Shown: positions 37,956-47,937, counted from the stretch's first letter. The stretch is DNA of 64,000 nucleotides from an uncultured Actinomycetota bacterium (GCA_964346985.1 CAYFWW010000005.1:17206-81205), one strand, 5' to 3'. Translations and numbers: made by a program. The notes: generated by a model from the sequence alone, not told the origin.

Positions 37956-40640
37956 ATGGAGATTAAATTAGAGACAATCTGGGAATATAATGAATACGAC
38001 CATAAGCTCCGGGATGAGCTGTCCAAGCGTCTCGGAGTTTCTTCTTATTTAGCTCAAATATTAAATAATAGGAAGGTAATAGATTATGAATCGGCTTGCA
38101 GCTTTATCAACCCCACTCTTAATAATCTTGAAGACCCATATCTGATTCCTGGAATTGATACCGCAGTTTCCAGGATATATCAGGCAATTAAAAGAAAAGA
38201 AGGAATTTTAATCTATGGTGACTATGATGTTGATGGAATTACTTCTGCGGTTATGCTTGATGATTATCTTCAGCAGAGAGGATGCTTAGTTGATATTTAT
38301 ATACCTTCGCGAGCCGAAGGTTATGGGTTAAACAAGGATACATTAAAAAAATTAGCCGGTAAAGACTTTTCACTTATAATAACTGTCGACTGTGGCACAA
38401 ATAATTATGACGAAATTGATTATGCCAAAAAAATTGGTTTCGATGTTATAGTTACCGACCACCATAATCCCGGGGTAAAAATTCCTAAAGCTATTTCAAT
38501 AGTCAATCCAAAGTTAGGCCAAGAAGAAAATGGCATGAGTGTCCTTTCCGGAGCCGGTGTTGTATTTAAGCTCATCCAGTCTTTGGAAGATGGGAAAATT
38601 CCAGTCCAGTACTTGGACCTAGTCACCTTGGGCACTATTGCTGATGTTGTTCCAATAATAGGTGAGAATAGAAATATCATTGCCGAAGGAGTCAAGCAAT
38701 TTTGTAATACAAAAAGGCCCGGGCTGCAAGCGTTGATTGATGTTTCTGGCTTTAGGGATAAGACAATTCAGGTTGGGCAAATTGCATATGGGCTAGCCCC
38801 CAGGCTTAATGCCAGTGGTAGAATTGATGAGCCATTAGATTCAATAAAACTTCTTAAAGCTATGAATATGAAGGAAGCAATGCCTTTGGCTAAAAGTCTC
38901 GATAAGAAGAACAGAGCTAGGCAAAAACAACAAGAACAGACTTTAGATGAAGCTTTATCAAAGATTAAGCGCGAAATAAACCTTCAGGAAGAAAAAGCTA
39001 TTTTACTGTATGAAGAAGATTGGAATCCTGGCATTATCGGAATTGTTGCCAGTAAACTTGTGGCCAAATTTTACCGTCCGGTAATCCTTTTTACAAAAAA
39101 AGGTATGCTAGCATCAGGTTCAGGAAGAAGTATTGATTCATTTCATTTGCTTGATGCCTTGCAAGATTTAGGAGATTTACTGGAGAATTTCGGTGGCCAT
39201 AAACTAGCTGCTGGATTATCTTTACCATTACAAGGTTTTAGGAATTTTAAGGACAGTTTTTTAAAAATTGCCAATAAGAGAATTTCAGATGACGATCTTA
39301 AACCAAGATTGAATATTGATTTGATTCTTGACCAGTCTGAAGTAACTGAAGACCTTGCTCGAGAAATTAATCTTCTGGCCCCATTTGGAAATGAAAACCC
39401 AAGTCCGGTAATAGTTGTTAAGAATGCCGGTTATCAATCGATAAAAACTTTGAGTAACGGCAAGCATCTCAAGTTTGATTTTCCCACCTTAAACTCTAAT
39501 TTTGAGGTAATTGGATTTAATTATGGTCTATATTTGAATGAATTAAAATCCAGGCAAGATAACCTAAATATAGCCTTCAAAATTGAGAAGAATTATTTTA
39601 AAAGAATTGAAAAATACCAGTTAAAATTGATAGATTTAAAATTTGAGCCAAAATGTAAAGAGACAGCAAGTTTCATAAATAATTTATACAGCCGAGCTAA
39701 AGAGTTTAAAATTGAAACAAGATATTTAAAATATTCTGATTGCTTAAGTTTTAAAAATAAAGAAGACAGTACAAGCTCCGACAATCTAAACTCAGATTCG
39801 AAGAAAAGTGATCTTAGTATCCCCAGGAATATCCGCCTTTTTGATAAACGAAATATAAAATCTAAGAATAATTATTTGAAAGTATCAATAAAAAGAGGCG
39901 GAAAATCTTTAATATTATCAAACAAGCCTGATAAATGTGTAGAACTGGCAAATTTTTTAAGAAAAGAGATTATTTATAAAGAAAACGAGATTGCTTTCTA
40001 TCACAGTGGTTTAAATAAGGCAGATCGCATACAAATATGGCAATTGTTTCGGGATTCAAAAATAGACACTCTTATCTCGACTTATTCATTTATGGAGAAT
40101 ATAAGTATTTTGGATATAAGGAGTTTATATCTATATGATTTACCATTTAATTATAGTTCATTAAAAAAAGTGACAAGCATAGTCGGGCTGGACAACCAAT
40201 TGACTTATATTCACATTCTATTTGGTAAAGGTGATATATTGGAAAATGACCTTATGCTGGAATCAATTTCACCTTCAAGAAAAAGTTTAGCGATTGTTTA
40301 TAGATCCTTAAGAGAATTGGCAGAAAATAATATTATTTTTCACGGTTCAAGAAGAGAAATTCTTGACCATTGCCAAAAGAATTCAAGGTTTAATTTGTTA
40401 GACAAAACTTTTCAAAATAGCTTATTGATTCTTGAAGAGTCTGGCTTAATCAAATTAGAGGATAATAGGGAAAAAATATGGATTGAATTAAAACCTGAAC
40501 CCGATAAAAAAATTGACTTGAATATTTCTTCTAGATATCTAGAGGGAGAAAAAAAACGAGAAGAGTTTTCAGATTTCAAGAAATGGATATTCAATACTGA
40601 ACAGTCTAAATTATTAGCTGCTTTTTACAGCTCTAAATAG
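37956..40640 (+). CDS. recJ: Single-stranded-DNA-specific exonuclease RecJ with a roughly 300-aa C-terminal extension
   Basis: DHH motifs (ITVDCGT, VTDHHNPG) and a DHHA1 domain (…LENFGGHKLAAG…). The C-terminal third resembles a degenerate helicase-C (RecA-like domain 2) fold: …IAFYHSGLNKADRIQIWQLFRDSKIDTLISTYSFMENISILDIRSLYLYDLP…. Confidence 0.85.
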   Translation: MEIKLETIWEYNEYDHKLRDELSKRLGVSSYLAQILNNRKVIDYESACSFINPTLNNLEDPYLIPGIDTAVSRIYQAIKRKEGILIYGDYDVDGITSAVMLDDYLQQRGCLVDIYIPSRAEGYGLNKDTLKKLAGKDFSLIITVDCGTNNYDEIDYAKKIGFDVIVTDHHNPGVKIPKAISIVNPKLGQEENGMSVLSGAGVVFKLIQSLEDGKIPVQYLDLVTLGTIADVVPIIGENRNIIAEGVKQFCNTKRPGLQALIDVSGFRDKTIQVGQIAYGLAPRLNASGRIDEPLDSIKLLKAMNMKEAMPLAKSLDKKNRARQKQQEQTLDEALSKIKREINLQEEKAILLYEEDWNPGIIGIVASKLVAKFYRPVILFTKKGMLASGSGRSIDSFHLLDALQDLGDLLENFGGHKLAAGLSLPLQGFRNFKDSFLKIANKRISDDDLKPRLNIDLILDQSEVTEDLAREINLLAPFGNENPSPVIVVKNAGYQSIKTLSNGKHLKFDFPTLNSNFEVIGFNYGLYLNELKSRQDNLNIAFKIEKNYFKRIEKYQLKLIDLKFEPKCKETASFINNLYSRAKEFKIETRYLKYSDCLSFKNKEDSTSSDNLNSDSKKSDLSIPRNIRLFDKRNIKSKNNYLKVSIKRGGKSLILSNKPDKCVELANFLRKEIIYKENEIAFYHSGLNKADRIQIWQLFRDSKIDTLISTYSFMENISILDIRSLYLYDLPFNYSSLKKVTSIVGLDNQLTYIHILFGKGDILENDLMLESISPSRKSLAIVYRSLRELAENNIIFHGSRREILDHCQKNSRFNLLDKTFQNSLLILEESGLIKLEDNREKIWIELKPEPDKKIDLNISSRYLEGEKKREEFSDFKKWIFNTEQSKLLAAFYSSK

Positions 40641-40822
40641 TGTTTTCAGATAAGTACAACTTTATATTAATCTGGGAAATATGATTTTTTAAGATTTAGA
40701 AAAATAAGATATTTTGAATTTCTTATGATAACAAATTATGAAAAATAATGAGTTTGAATTAAAAAAACAAAAGAAAAGGATTTTTTTAAATAAAAAATGC
40801 ACTAGGTTGCTATAATTAAGAT

Positions 40823-42994
40823 ATGAAAGCAATTAATAAGATGATTAAAAATATAATTAAATATAATCCTGATGCTAATAAGGATAAAATCAAAGAAGCT
40901 TATTTTTTGGCAAAGAAATTACATTTAAACCAACAAAGAAAATCAGGAGAAGATTTTATTAATCATCCTCTTGAAGTGACCAGGATACTGGTCGATCTTG
41001 GAATGGATACAACCACAATAATTGCTGCTCTTTTACATGATGCAGTCGAGGATACAAATGTATCGCTTACTCAAATCAAGAGGCCTTTTAGTCAGGAAGT
41101 TGCAGATTTGATAGATGGTGTTACAAAGCTGGGTAAAATTGAATTTAAAACTGAAGAAGAACAACAAGCTGAGACATTAAGAAAGATGCTATTAGCAATG
41201 ACTAAAGATGTAAGAGTAATAATTATTAAATTAGCTGACAGAACACACAATATGAGAACTATAAATGCTTTGGAACCAGAAAAGAGAAAACAAAAAGCTC
41301 GAGAGACTCTGGATGTTTATGCTCCGTTAGCTCACCGCTTGGGGATTTACTCCATAAAATGGGAACTGGAGGATTTAAGTTTTGCTGTTCTTGAAAATAA
41401 AAAATATAACCAAATCATGAAGATGGTTGCTGAAAGTCGAAACGCCAGGGAAAAATATATTGAAAAGGTAAAAAAAGCTATTAGCAGCAGATTAAAGGAA
41501 GCAAATGTAAAATTTGAAATTTCGGGAAGGCCAAAACATTTTTACAGTATCTATCAAAAAATGGTTAAACGCGGCAAGGAGTTTAATGAAATCTATGATT
41601 TGATGGCTCTAAGGATTATTGTTGAAAATGTTAGGGATTGTTATGCTGCTCTTGGTATTATACATTCAATTTGGAAACCTATCCCAGGTCGATTTAAAGA
41701 CTATATTGCCATGCCTAAATTTAATCTTTATCAGTCGCTCCATACTACCGTCATCGGGCCAGAGGGAAAACCCTTGGAAATACAGATTAGGTCAACTTTG
41801 ATGCACCGCACGGCTGATTACGGAATTGCAGCTCACTGGCGTTATAAGGAAGGCGTAAAAAATGATATTGAATTTGAAGAAAGATTATCATGGTTGCGCC
41901 AGATGCTTGAATGGCAAAGTGATTTAAAAGATCCAAAAGAGTTTATGGAGGCTCTAAAAATTGACTTATTCGAAGACGAAGTTTTTGTTTTTTCTCCAAA
42001 AGGAGATGTCTATAGCTTGCCCAGTGGCTCAACACCCATTGACTTTGCCTATTCTATCCATACTGATGTAGGACATAGTTGTGTGGGAGCTAAAGTAAAT
42101 GGTCGAATAGTCCCTCTGGAATATGAACTAATAAATGGCGACCAGATTGAGATACTAACTTCGAAATCAAGTTCTGGCCCTAGCCGTGATTGGTTAAATA
42201 TTGTAAAGACGTCGAGGGCTAGAAATAAAATCAGGCAGTACTTTAGTAAAGAGCGAAGAGAAAGCTTGGAACAAGTAGGAAAAGATGAATTATATAAGAT
42301 AATGCGACGAAAAGGATTTATTCTGAAAGCCAGGTCTCAACAAAATGTTCTTAAAGAGATTGCTGCCGGGTTTAACTTTAATTCTGTCGATGATTTATAT
42401 TCTAGTATAGGGGCTGGCAAAACATCTCCGCAACAAGTTGCCACCAAATTGATCAATCTTATGACCCATCCTGATGAAAGAGAAATCGAAGAAGAAGATT
42501 ATGAAGAATATATAGCAAAACAAAAAGAAACTTCGACAACCGGCATTAAAGTAAAAGGTGTAGAAGATGTTTTAGTGAGGCTTGCCAGGTGCTGTAATCC
42601 AGTACCTGGAGATAAGATTGTCGGTTTTATTACTAGAGGTAGAGGTGTCTCTGTCCATAGAAATGAATGTACAAACATCGTAGGGTTAAAAGAAGAGAAA
42701 GACAGGTTTATTGAAGTATCATGGGATAAAAAAGTAGCTAAATCTTTTCCAGTTGAAATAAAAGTTGAATCAATTGACAGAAAAAAATTATTAAGAGATA
42801 TAAGTACAATTATCTCTGATGCCGGAGTTAATATTCTAAATGCCAGCGTAGTAACGAGCAAGGATAAAATTGCTATATTGAGATTTGTATTTGAAATAAG
42901 CGATATGGAACATCTTAAAAGCATATTGAATACAATTAACAATGTTGATACTGTTATTTCAACCTACCGAGTAATGCCCGGCCAAAGAAGTTAA
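40823..42994 (+). CDS. relA: Bifunctional (p)ppGpp synthetase/hydrolase Rel
   Basis: 723 aa. HD hydrolase (HDAVEDT), synthetase domain, TGS and ACT C-terminal domains. An extended -10 (TGcTATAAT) ends 6 nt before the ATG, so the mRNA may be leaderless or the start may be a downstream ATG. Confidence 0.95.
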   Translation: MKAINKMIKNIIKYNPDANKDKIKEAYFLAKKLHLNQQRKSGEDFINHPLEVTRILVDLGMDTTTIIAALLHDAVEDTNVSLTQIKRPFSQEVADLIDGVTKLGKIEFKTEEEQQAETLRKMLLAMTKDVRVIIIKLADRTHNMRTINALEPEKRKQKARETLDVYAPLAHRLGIYSIKWELEDLSFAVLENKKYNQIMKMVAESRNAREKYIEKVKKAISSRLKEANVKFEISGRPKHFYSIYQKMVKRGKEFNEIYDLMALRIIVENVRDCYAALGIIHSIWKPIPGRFKDYIAMPKFNLYQSLHTTVIGPEGKPLEIQIRSTLMHRTADYGIAAHWRYKEGVKNDIEFEERLSWLRQMLEWQSDLKDPKEFMEALKIDLFEDEVFVFSPKGDVYSLPSGSTPIDFAYSIHTDVGHSCVGAKVNGRIVPLEYELINGDQIEILTSKSSSGPSRDWLNIVKTSRARNKIRQYFSKERRESLEQVGKDELYKIMRRKGFILKARSQQNVLKEIAAGFNFNSVDDLYSSIGAGKTSPQQVATKLINLMTHPDEREIEEEDYEEYIAKQKETSTTGIKVKGVEDVLVRLARCCNPVPGDKIVGFITRGRGVSVHRNECTNIVGLKEEKDRFIEVSWDKKVAKSFPVEIKVESIDRKKLLRDISTIISDAGVNILNASVVTSKDKIAILRFVFEISDMEHLKSILNTINNVDTVISTYRVMPGQRS

Positions 42995-43003
42995 AGGAGA
43001 ATT

Positions 43004-43453
43004 GTGAGAGCTTTACTGCAAAAAGTAAGTTCAGCAAGTGTTGCTATCGAAAAACAATTGATTTCAAAAATAGGTCCGGGACTGCTAGTCTTTCTTGGAG
43101 CTGAAGAAGGGGACACTGAGGAAGATACTAATTATATTGCCAAAAAAATTAGCCAAATAAGAATTTTTCCCGACAAGCATGATAAATTAAATTTAGATAT
43201 TAGGGATGTTAAAGGTGAAATTTTACTTGTCAGCCAGTTTACATTAGTTGCGGATTGCAAAAAAGGTAATCGACCAAGTTTTAGCCAGGCGCTTTCTCCC
43301 GCAAAAGCAGAAATGTTTTATAATAATCTAGTTCAAAGACTAAAAAGCCTTAATCTAGATGTAAAGACAGGTAAGTTTAAAGCACAAATGAAAATTAAAC
43401 TGGTAAACGATGGACCGGTTACTATCTTTATTGATAGCAGAAAAAGACTCTAG
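43004..43453 (+). CDS. dtd: D-aminoacyl-tRNA deacylase; GTG start
   Basis: 149 aa, …GLLVFLG… and an SQFTL motif. AAAGGAGA ribosome-binding site. Confidence 0.9.
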   Translation: MRALLQKVSSASVAIEKQLISKIGPGLLVFLGAEEGDTEEDTNYIAKKISQIRIFPDKHDKLNLDIRDVKGEILLVSQFTLVADCKKGNRPSFSQALSPAKAEMFYNNLVQRLKSLNLDVKTGKFKAQMKIKLVNDGPVTIFIDSRKRL

Positions 43454-43455
43454 AC

Positions 43456-44088
43456 ATGATGAATATTAAAAAAATTATAGTCGGGCCACTAGGTACTAAT
43501 TGTTATATTATATACAGCGATAAAGAAAAAAAGGCCATAGTAATTGATCCTGGTGGAGATGCTAAAAGGATTATAAATACTTTAGACGAGCTTGATCTTG
43601 AAGTTGAGCACATTATTAATACGCATGGACATTTTGATCATGTTTCAGCCAACTTAGAGATGTATAGAAAAACGAAGAAAAAAATAATGATACATGAAAA
43701 AGATCATTCTTTAATCGATCATCCTCGGCTGGAGGCATTTTCAACAGATAGCAAAGATGGAAAATCGATCTATAAGTTTATCAAAGAGGGAGATGTCCTT
43801 GAAATTGATGGCCAACAAGTTAAAATCATAGAAACACCAGGACATTCACCTGGAAGTATAACCGTAGGTATAGAAAATGCCTTGTTTGTTGGAGATTTAT
43901 TATTCGAAGGTTCGGTTGGCAGGACAGATTTATATGGGGGTAACTTTGAACAGCTAAGGCAGTCATTAGCAAAATTAGTTCTTTATGATGAAGATACAAA
44001 TGTATATCCAGGCCATGGATCTAAGACAACTATAGGTAGGGAATTAATGCAAAATCCATATCTTCAAGAATTTGAAAGGAAAAAGTAA
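43456..44088 (+). CDS. MBL-fold metallo-hydrolase
   Basis: HGHFDH (HxHxDH) zinc motif and downstream His/Asp ligands. Confidence 0.8.
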   Translation: MMNIKKIIVGPLGTNCYIIYSDKEKKAIVIDPGGDAKRIINTLDELDLEVEHIINTHGHFDHVSANLEMYRKTKKKIMIHEKDHSLIDHPRLEAFSTDSKDGKSIYKFIKEGDVLEIDGQQVKIIETPGHSPGSITVGIENALFVGDLLFEGSVGRTDLYGGNFEQLRQSLAKLVLYDEDTNVYPGHGSKTTIGRELMQNPYLQEFERKK

Positions 44089-44090
44089 CT

Positions 44091-45371
44091 GTGGAGATAA
44101 AAGCACCTCGGGGAACTTCTGACGTCTTACCTGAAAAGGCGGCAATCTGGGATTATCTAGAATCAAAAGTAGTAGACATATTTACAAATTTTGGTTATAA
44201 AAAAATAATACTCCCAGTTTTTGAGCATACTGAGATTTTTCAACGCGGTATTGGCCAATCAACCGATATTGTCCAAAAAGAAATGTATACTTTTGAGGAC
44301 AAGGGAGGGAGGAGCTTAACTCTGCGTCCTGAAGGAACAGCCTCGGTGGTCAGGTCTTTTATCGAAAACAAAATGTGGAATAATCCACTCCCGGTCAAGC
44401 TGTATTATATTGGGCCAATGTTTCGCTATGAACGCCCTCAGTCTGGAAGATACCGGGAATTCTGGCAAATGGGGGCGGAAGCCTTGGGTTCCGACGACCC
44501 ATTTCTAGATGTAGAAATGATAATTCTTTTGATGGATTACTTTCGTTCATTAAAACTGAATAAATTAGAATTAAAAATAAATTCTATGGGTTGTTCTAAA
44601 TGTCAACCCGCATATACTGGAGATTTAAAGAAATTTATTGAACCTAATCTTGAAAAGATATGTAAACAATGTCAAAAAAGATATGAAAAAAATCCTTTAA
44701 GGATATTTGATTGTAAGAATAAAGAATGCCAAAAGATATACGGCGATGCTCCAAAATTAACGGATTATCTATGCCAAGAATGCAAAATGCATTTTGACCA
44801 GGTTAAAGATGCTTTAACTGAAAATAATGAAGATTTTGAGGTCGATAAATCTCTGGTAAGGGGCTTTGATTATTACACAAAAACAACATTTGAGATTTGC
44901 TCGCCGGTATTAGGTGCTCAGAATGCAATTGGAGGCGGGGGGAGATATGATGGACTAATAGAATCTTATGGTGGTCCGCCTAATCCAGGGATTGGTTTTG
45001 CTTTGGGAATTGAAAGAATGATATTGGCTATGCAAGCAGAAGAAAGAATGCCAGGCCCGAAAAGAATAAATGATGTATTCGTTGTTTCAGTGGATAAAGA
45101 TAGCAAACCAGAGGTTTTTAAATTATTAATGGAGTTAAGACGTTCTGGTATTTCGGCTGAGATGGATTTTGCCGAAAGAAGCTTGCGCAGCCAGATGAAA
45201 CAAGCAGATAAGAAAAAAGCTGAATATGCATTAATTCTTGGGCCTGATGAAATTAAATCAGGAGTTTGCACAATAAAGGATTTGATTAATGGTACTCAGG
45301 AAAATATTAAAAGAAATAAAGTTTTGGAATATCTATTAAAGAAAAAGAGAGTTAATGAAAGAAAGAATTAA
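44091..45371 (+). CDS. hisS: Histidine--tRNA ligase; GTG start
   Basis: Class II aaRS motifs and a HisS-typical N-terminus (…PRGTSDVLPE…). 426 aa. Confidence 0.95.
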   Translation: MEIKAPRGTSDVLPEKAAIWDYLESKVVDIFTNFGYKKIILPVFEHTEIFQRGIGQSTDIVQKEMYTFEDKGGRSLTLRPEGTASVVRSFIENKMWNNPLPVKLYYIGPMFRYERPQSGRYREFWQMGAEALGSDDPFLDVEMIILLMDYFRSLKLNKLELKINSMGCSKCQPAYTGDLKKFIEPNLEKICKQCQKRYEKNPLRIFDCKNKECQKIYGDAPKLTDYLCQECKMHFDQVKDALTENNEDFEVDKSLVRGFDYYTKTTFEICSPVLGAQNAIGGGGRYDGLIESYGGPPNPGIGFALGIERMILAMQAEERMPGPKRINDVFVVSVDKDSKPEVFKLLMELRRSGISAEMDFAERSLRSQMKQADKKKAEYALILGPDEIKSGVCTIKDLINGTQENIKRNKVLEYLLKKKRVNERKN

Positions 45372-47133
45372 AAATTCACAAAAGACTCATTATTGCAAAC
45401 AATTGAACAGGGATAATATTGACGAGGAAGTTATTTTAGCCGGATGGGTAAATAAGCGTAGAGATCATGGAGGATTGATCTTTGTTGACTTAAGAGATAG
45501 GTCTGGTTTAGTTCAGTTAGTGATAAGCCCGGATGAAAATCCGGAAGCATTTAAGGTTGCCGAAAAAGTTAGAAATGAATTTGTGCTTAAAGTACAGGGA
45601 AAAGTAAGGCACAGACCAAAAGGAACAGTAAACCCCGATTTAGAAACCGGCGAGATTGAAGTTTTTATTGAAAAACTGGAAATTCTTAATTCTTCGCTTA
45701 CTCCTCCGTTCGAGATTGAAGACGAAGTTTCGGTTGATGAAAAAATCCGTTTGAAATATCGTTATCTTGATCTGAGAAGGCCGGTTATGGCCGAATCGAT
45801 TATGTTTAGACATCAGGTAACTGGAAAAGTTAGGCAGTTTTTAGATAGAAATGATTTTATCGAAGTAGAAACACCGATATTAACTAAGAGTACACCTGAA
45901 GGTGCTAGAGATTATCTGGTTCCTTCAAGGATAAGCCAAGGCCATTTTTATGCGTTACCCCAGTCTCCGCAACTTTTCAAGCAGCTTTTGATGATAGCTG
46001 GGTTGGAGCGTTATTACCAAATTGCAAGATGCTTTAGGGACGAAGACTTGAGGGCCGACAGGCAACCGGAGCATACCCAGGTGGATATAGAAATGTCATT
46101 TATCGAGTGCGATGACTTATTAGCATTAGTCGAAGAAATGATTAAAGATATTTTTTCTTTAATAAAGGTTGAAATAGACTTACCTTTTCCAAGATTAACA
46201 TACGATCAAGCTATGTTAAATTATGGATCTGATAAGCCAGATTTGAGATATGAATTAGAAATTAATGATGTCACAGATATTTTTGACAAGACTGCTTTTA
46301 AAGTTTTTTCAGGTGTCATTGAGAAAGATGGCGTTATCAGGGCACTTGTGGTTCCGGGAGGTATATCTTTTACCAGAAAAAAGTTAGATGAATTGATCGA
46401 AACTTCGAAGGAATTTGGAGCAGGCGGTTTAGTCTGGCTTCAGCTAAAAAACCAACAAGATATTAAATCACCAGTAGCAAAATATTTATCTGAACAAGAA
46501 GTTAGGCAGTTAATAGAACAAACAAAGGCAAATTCCGGAGACCTGATTTTAATAGTTGCTGACCAAGAAAGAATTGCGGCTGAGGCATTAGGTGGATTAA
46601 GATCAAATTTAGCAGGTGATTTGAAATTAATAAAAGAAGATTCTTTTAACATGAGTTGGATATTAGATTTTCCACTTTTTGAATATGACACTGAAGAAAA
46701 AAGATATAAATCAAATCATCACCCTTTTACCAGGCCAACTGAAGATACCTTAGCTTTTCTGGAAAAAGACCCGCTTAAAGTAAAAGCCTATGCTTATGAT
46801 TTGATATTAAACGGAGTTGAAATTGGTGGAGGAAGTTTGCGTATTCACAATCAAGATCTCCAAAGAAAGATATTTAAAATTCTAGGCATTGAAGCCAAGG
46901 AAGCTGAATCCAAGTTTGGTTTTTTATTGGAAGCGTTGAAATATGGTGCACCACCTCACGGGGGGATAGCTTTTGGTCTTGATAGAATGATAATGGTTAT
47001 GACCAGAAAAAAATCAATTCGGGATGTTATTGCTTTCCCGAAAACACAAGCTGCAGCTTGTTTATTAACAAAAGCACCAAACTTAGTTAAGCCCGAGCAA
47101 CTTAAAGAGTTGCATTTGCGATTAAGAAAGTAA
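45355..47133 (+). CDS. aspS: Aspartate--tRNA ligase
   Basis: 592 aa. OB-fold anticodon-binding N-terminus, class II motifs (QLFKQLLM, GGGSLRIH). Confidence 0.95.
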   Translation: MKERIKNSQKTHYCKQLNRDNIDEEVILAGWVNKRRDHGGLIFVDLRDRSGLVQLVISPDENPEAFKVAEKVRNEFVLKVQGKVRHRPKGTVNPDLETGEIEVFIEKLEILNSSLTPPFEIEDEVSVDEKIRLKYRYLDLRRPVMAESIMFRHQVTGKVRQFLDRNDFIEVETPILTKSTPEGARDYLVPSRISQGHFYALPQSPQLFKQLLMIAGLERYYQIARCFRDEDLRADRQPEHTQVDIEMSFIECDDLLALVEEMIKDIFSLIKVEIDLPFPRLTYDQAMLNYGSDKPDLRYELEINDVTDIFDKTAFKVFSGVIEKDGVIRALVVPGGISFTRKKLDELIETSKEFGAGGLVWLQLKNQQDIKSPVAKYLSEQEVRQLIEQTKANSGDLILIVADQERIAAEALGGLRSNLAGDLKLIKEDSFNMSWILDFPLFEYDTEEKRYKSNHHPFTRPTEDTLAFLEKDPLKVKAYAYDLILNGVEIGGGSLRIHNQDLQRKIFKILGIEAKEAESKFGFLLEALKYGAPPHGGIAFGLDRMIMVMTRKKSIRDVIAFPKTQAAACLLTKAPNLVKPEQLKELHLRLRK

Positions 47134-47134
47134 A

Positions 47135-47163
47135 TTGAATGGCTTTTTCTTGTGTGCTACAAT
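47135..47163 (+). promoter_or_regulatory. Sigma-A-type promoter TTGAAT-17-(TG)cTACAAT for the downstream structured RNA
   Basis: TTGAAT at 47135-47140, a 17-nt spacer, an extended TG, then TACAAT at 47158-47163. The predicted start of transcription (~47170) coincides with the 5' end of the RNA's closing stem. Confidence 0.45.
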
Positions 47164-47169
47164 CAAAAA

Positions 47170-47347
47170 AAAGCTCTGCCTTGTACGTGAGCATTTGTGA
47201 TTGTGTGAGCCAACACATTCACAAAGGGAACTTAGCTCTATTAGCAGCTTGGATGCCAGATAATGGAACCAAAAAGTTAGTAGGAAAGTACCCACCTGAA
47301 CAAACAGGGTTCAACAATGTGATATGTCCACGGCAAGGCGGGGCTTG
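47170..47347 (+). ncRNA. ssrS: Candidate 6S RNA (SsrS/BsrA-like), about 180 nt
   Basis: 12-bp terminal stem: 47172-47183 AGCTCTGCCTTG pairs with 47334-47345 CAAGGCGGGGCT (two G-U pairs). Further interrupted helices lie inward. Own promoter. Position directly downstream of aspS matches B. subtilis 6S-1 (bsrA, aspS-yrvM intergenic region). The overlapping 69-codon ORF is Cys-rich and has no ribosome-binding site. Confidence 0.45.
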
Positions 47348-47366
47348 ACTCTGAAAGGAGATAAAC

Positions 47367-47909
47367 TTGCCAGCTAGAAGATATACATTCTTTTTATTAC
47401 TGCTTTTAATTTCAGCAATTATTATTTCAGGATGCGGAGGCGGTGGAGGTCAGCCAGCAAGTGATCAAAACACATCAAATACTGCCCAGCCTGATCAAAC
47501 CGGTGGAGACCAGCCACCAGTGCCTACAACAACAACATCAGCACAGGATAAAATCCCACGCGACTTTAAATTAAGCGATGAAATGCCGGATTTTATTAAG
47601 AAAGCAGTTTCAGAAAAGAGACCCTTTGTTATTGTCTTTTTTCTCAAGGGTGATTACACATGGAATGAAGCAAAACCTGAGATTGATAATGTTAAAGAAA
47701 CTTATAAACAGATAAGCTTCTTTTATATTGATATTGATTCAACAAAAAAAGATCCAAAAAAATCTAAACTTGCTAAAGAACTGGAAGTAAACTATCTACC
47801 AGAAATATTTCTCATAAACCAGGAAAGTAAGATTGTATATCAACATAGCGGTTATATAGATCGCGATACTTTTAAGAATGAGATTCATCAGAAGCTTTCT
47901 TTAAAGTAA
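47367..47909 (+). CDS. Lipoprotein with a thioredoxin-like fold lacking the CxxC motif; TTG start
   Basis: Signal peptide plus lipobox (IISGC). Gly/Pro/Thr-rich linker. C-terminal region with thioredoxin-like topology (…FVIVFF…YLPEIFLINQ…) but no catalytic cysteines. AAAGGAG ribosome-binding site. Confidence 0.5.
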   Translation: MPARRYTFFLLLLLISAIIISGCGGGGGQPASDQNTSNTAQPDQTGGDQPPVPTTTTSAQDKIPRDFKLSDEMPDFIKKAVSEKRPFVIVFFLKGDYTWNEAKPEIDNVKETYKQISFFYIDIDSTKKDPKKSKLAKELEVNYLPEIFLINQESKIVYQHSGYIDRDTFKNEIHQKLSLK

Positions 47910-47937
47910 TAATTGAAAATAAGTGTCAGTCGTAATA

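Noticed and set aside
42499-42942. 147-aa minus-strand ORF inside relA
   Set aside because: Embedded antisense to the conserved Rel TGS/ACT region. Spurious.
47139-47348. 69-codon ORF (MAFSCVLQSKKSSALYVSICDCV…) between aspS and the lipoprotein gene
   Set aside because: No ribosome-binding site and an odd Cys-rich composition. The region instead has a promoter whose transcription start coincides with a long terminal helix, and it sits where 6S RNA lies in Bacillus. Treated as non-coding.
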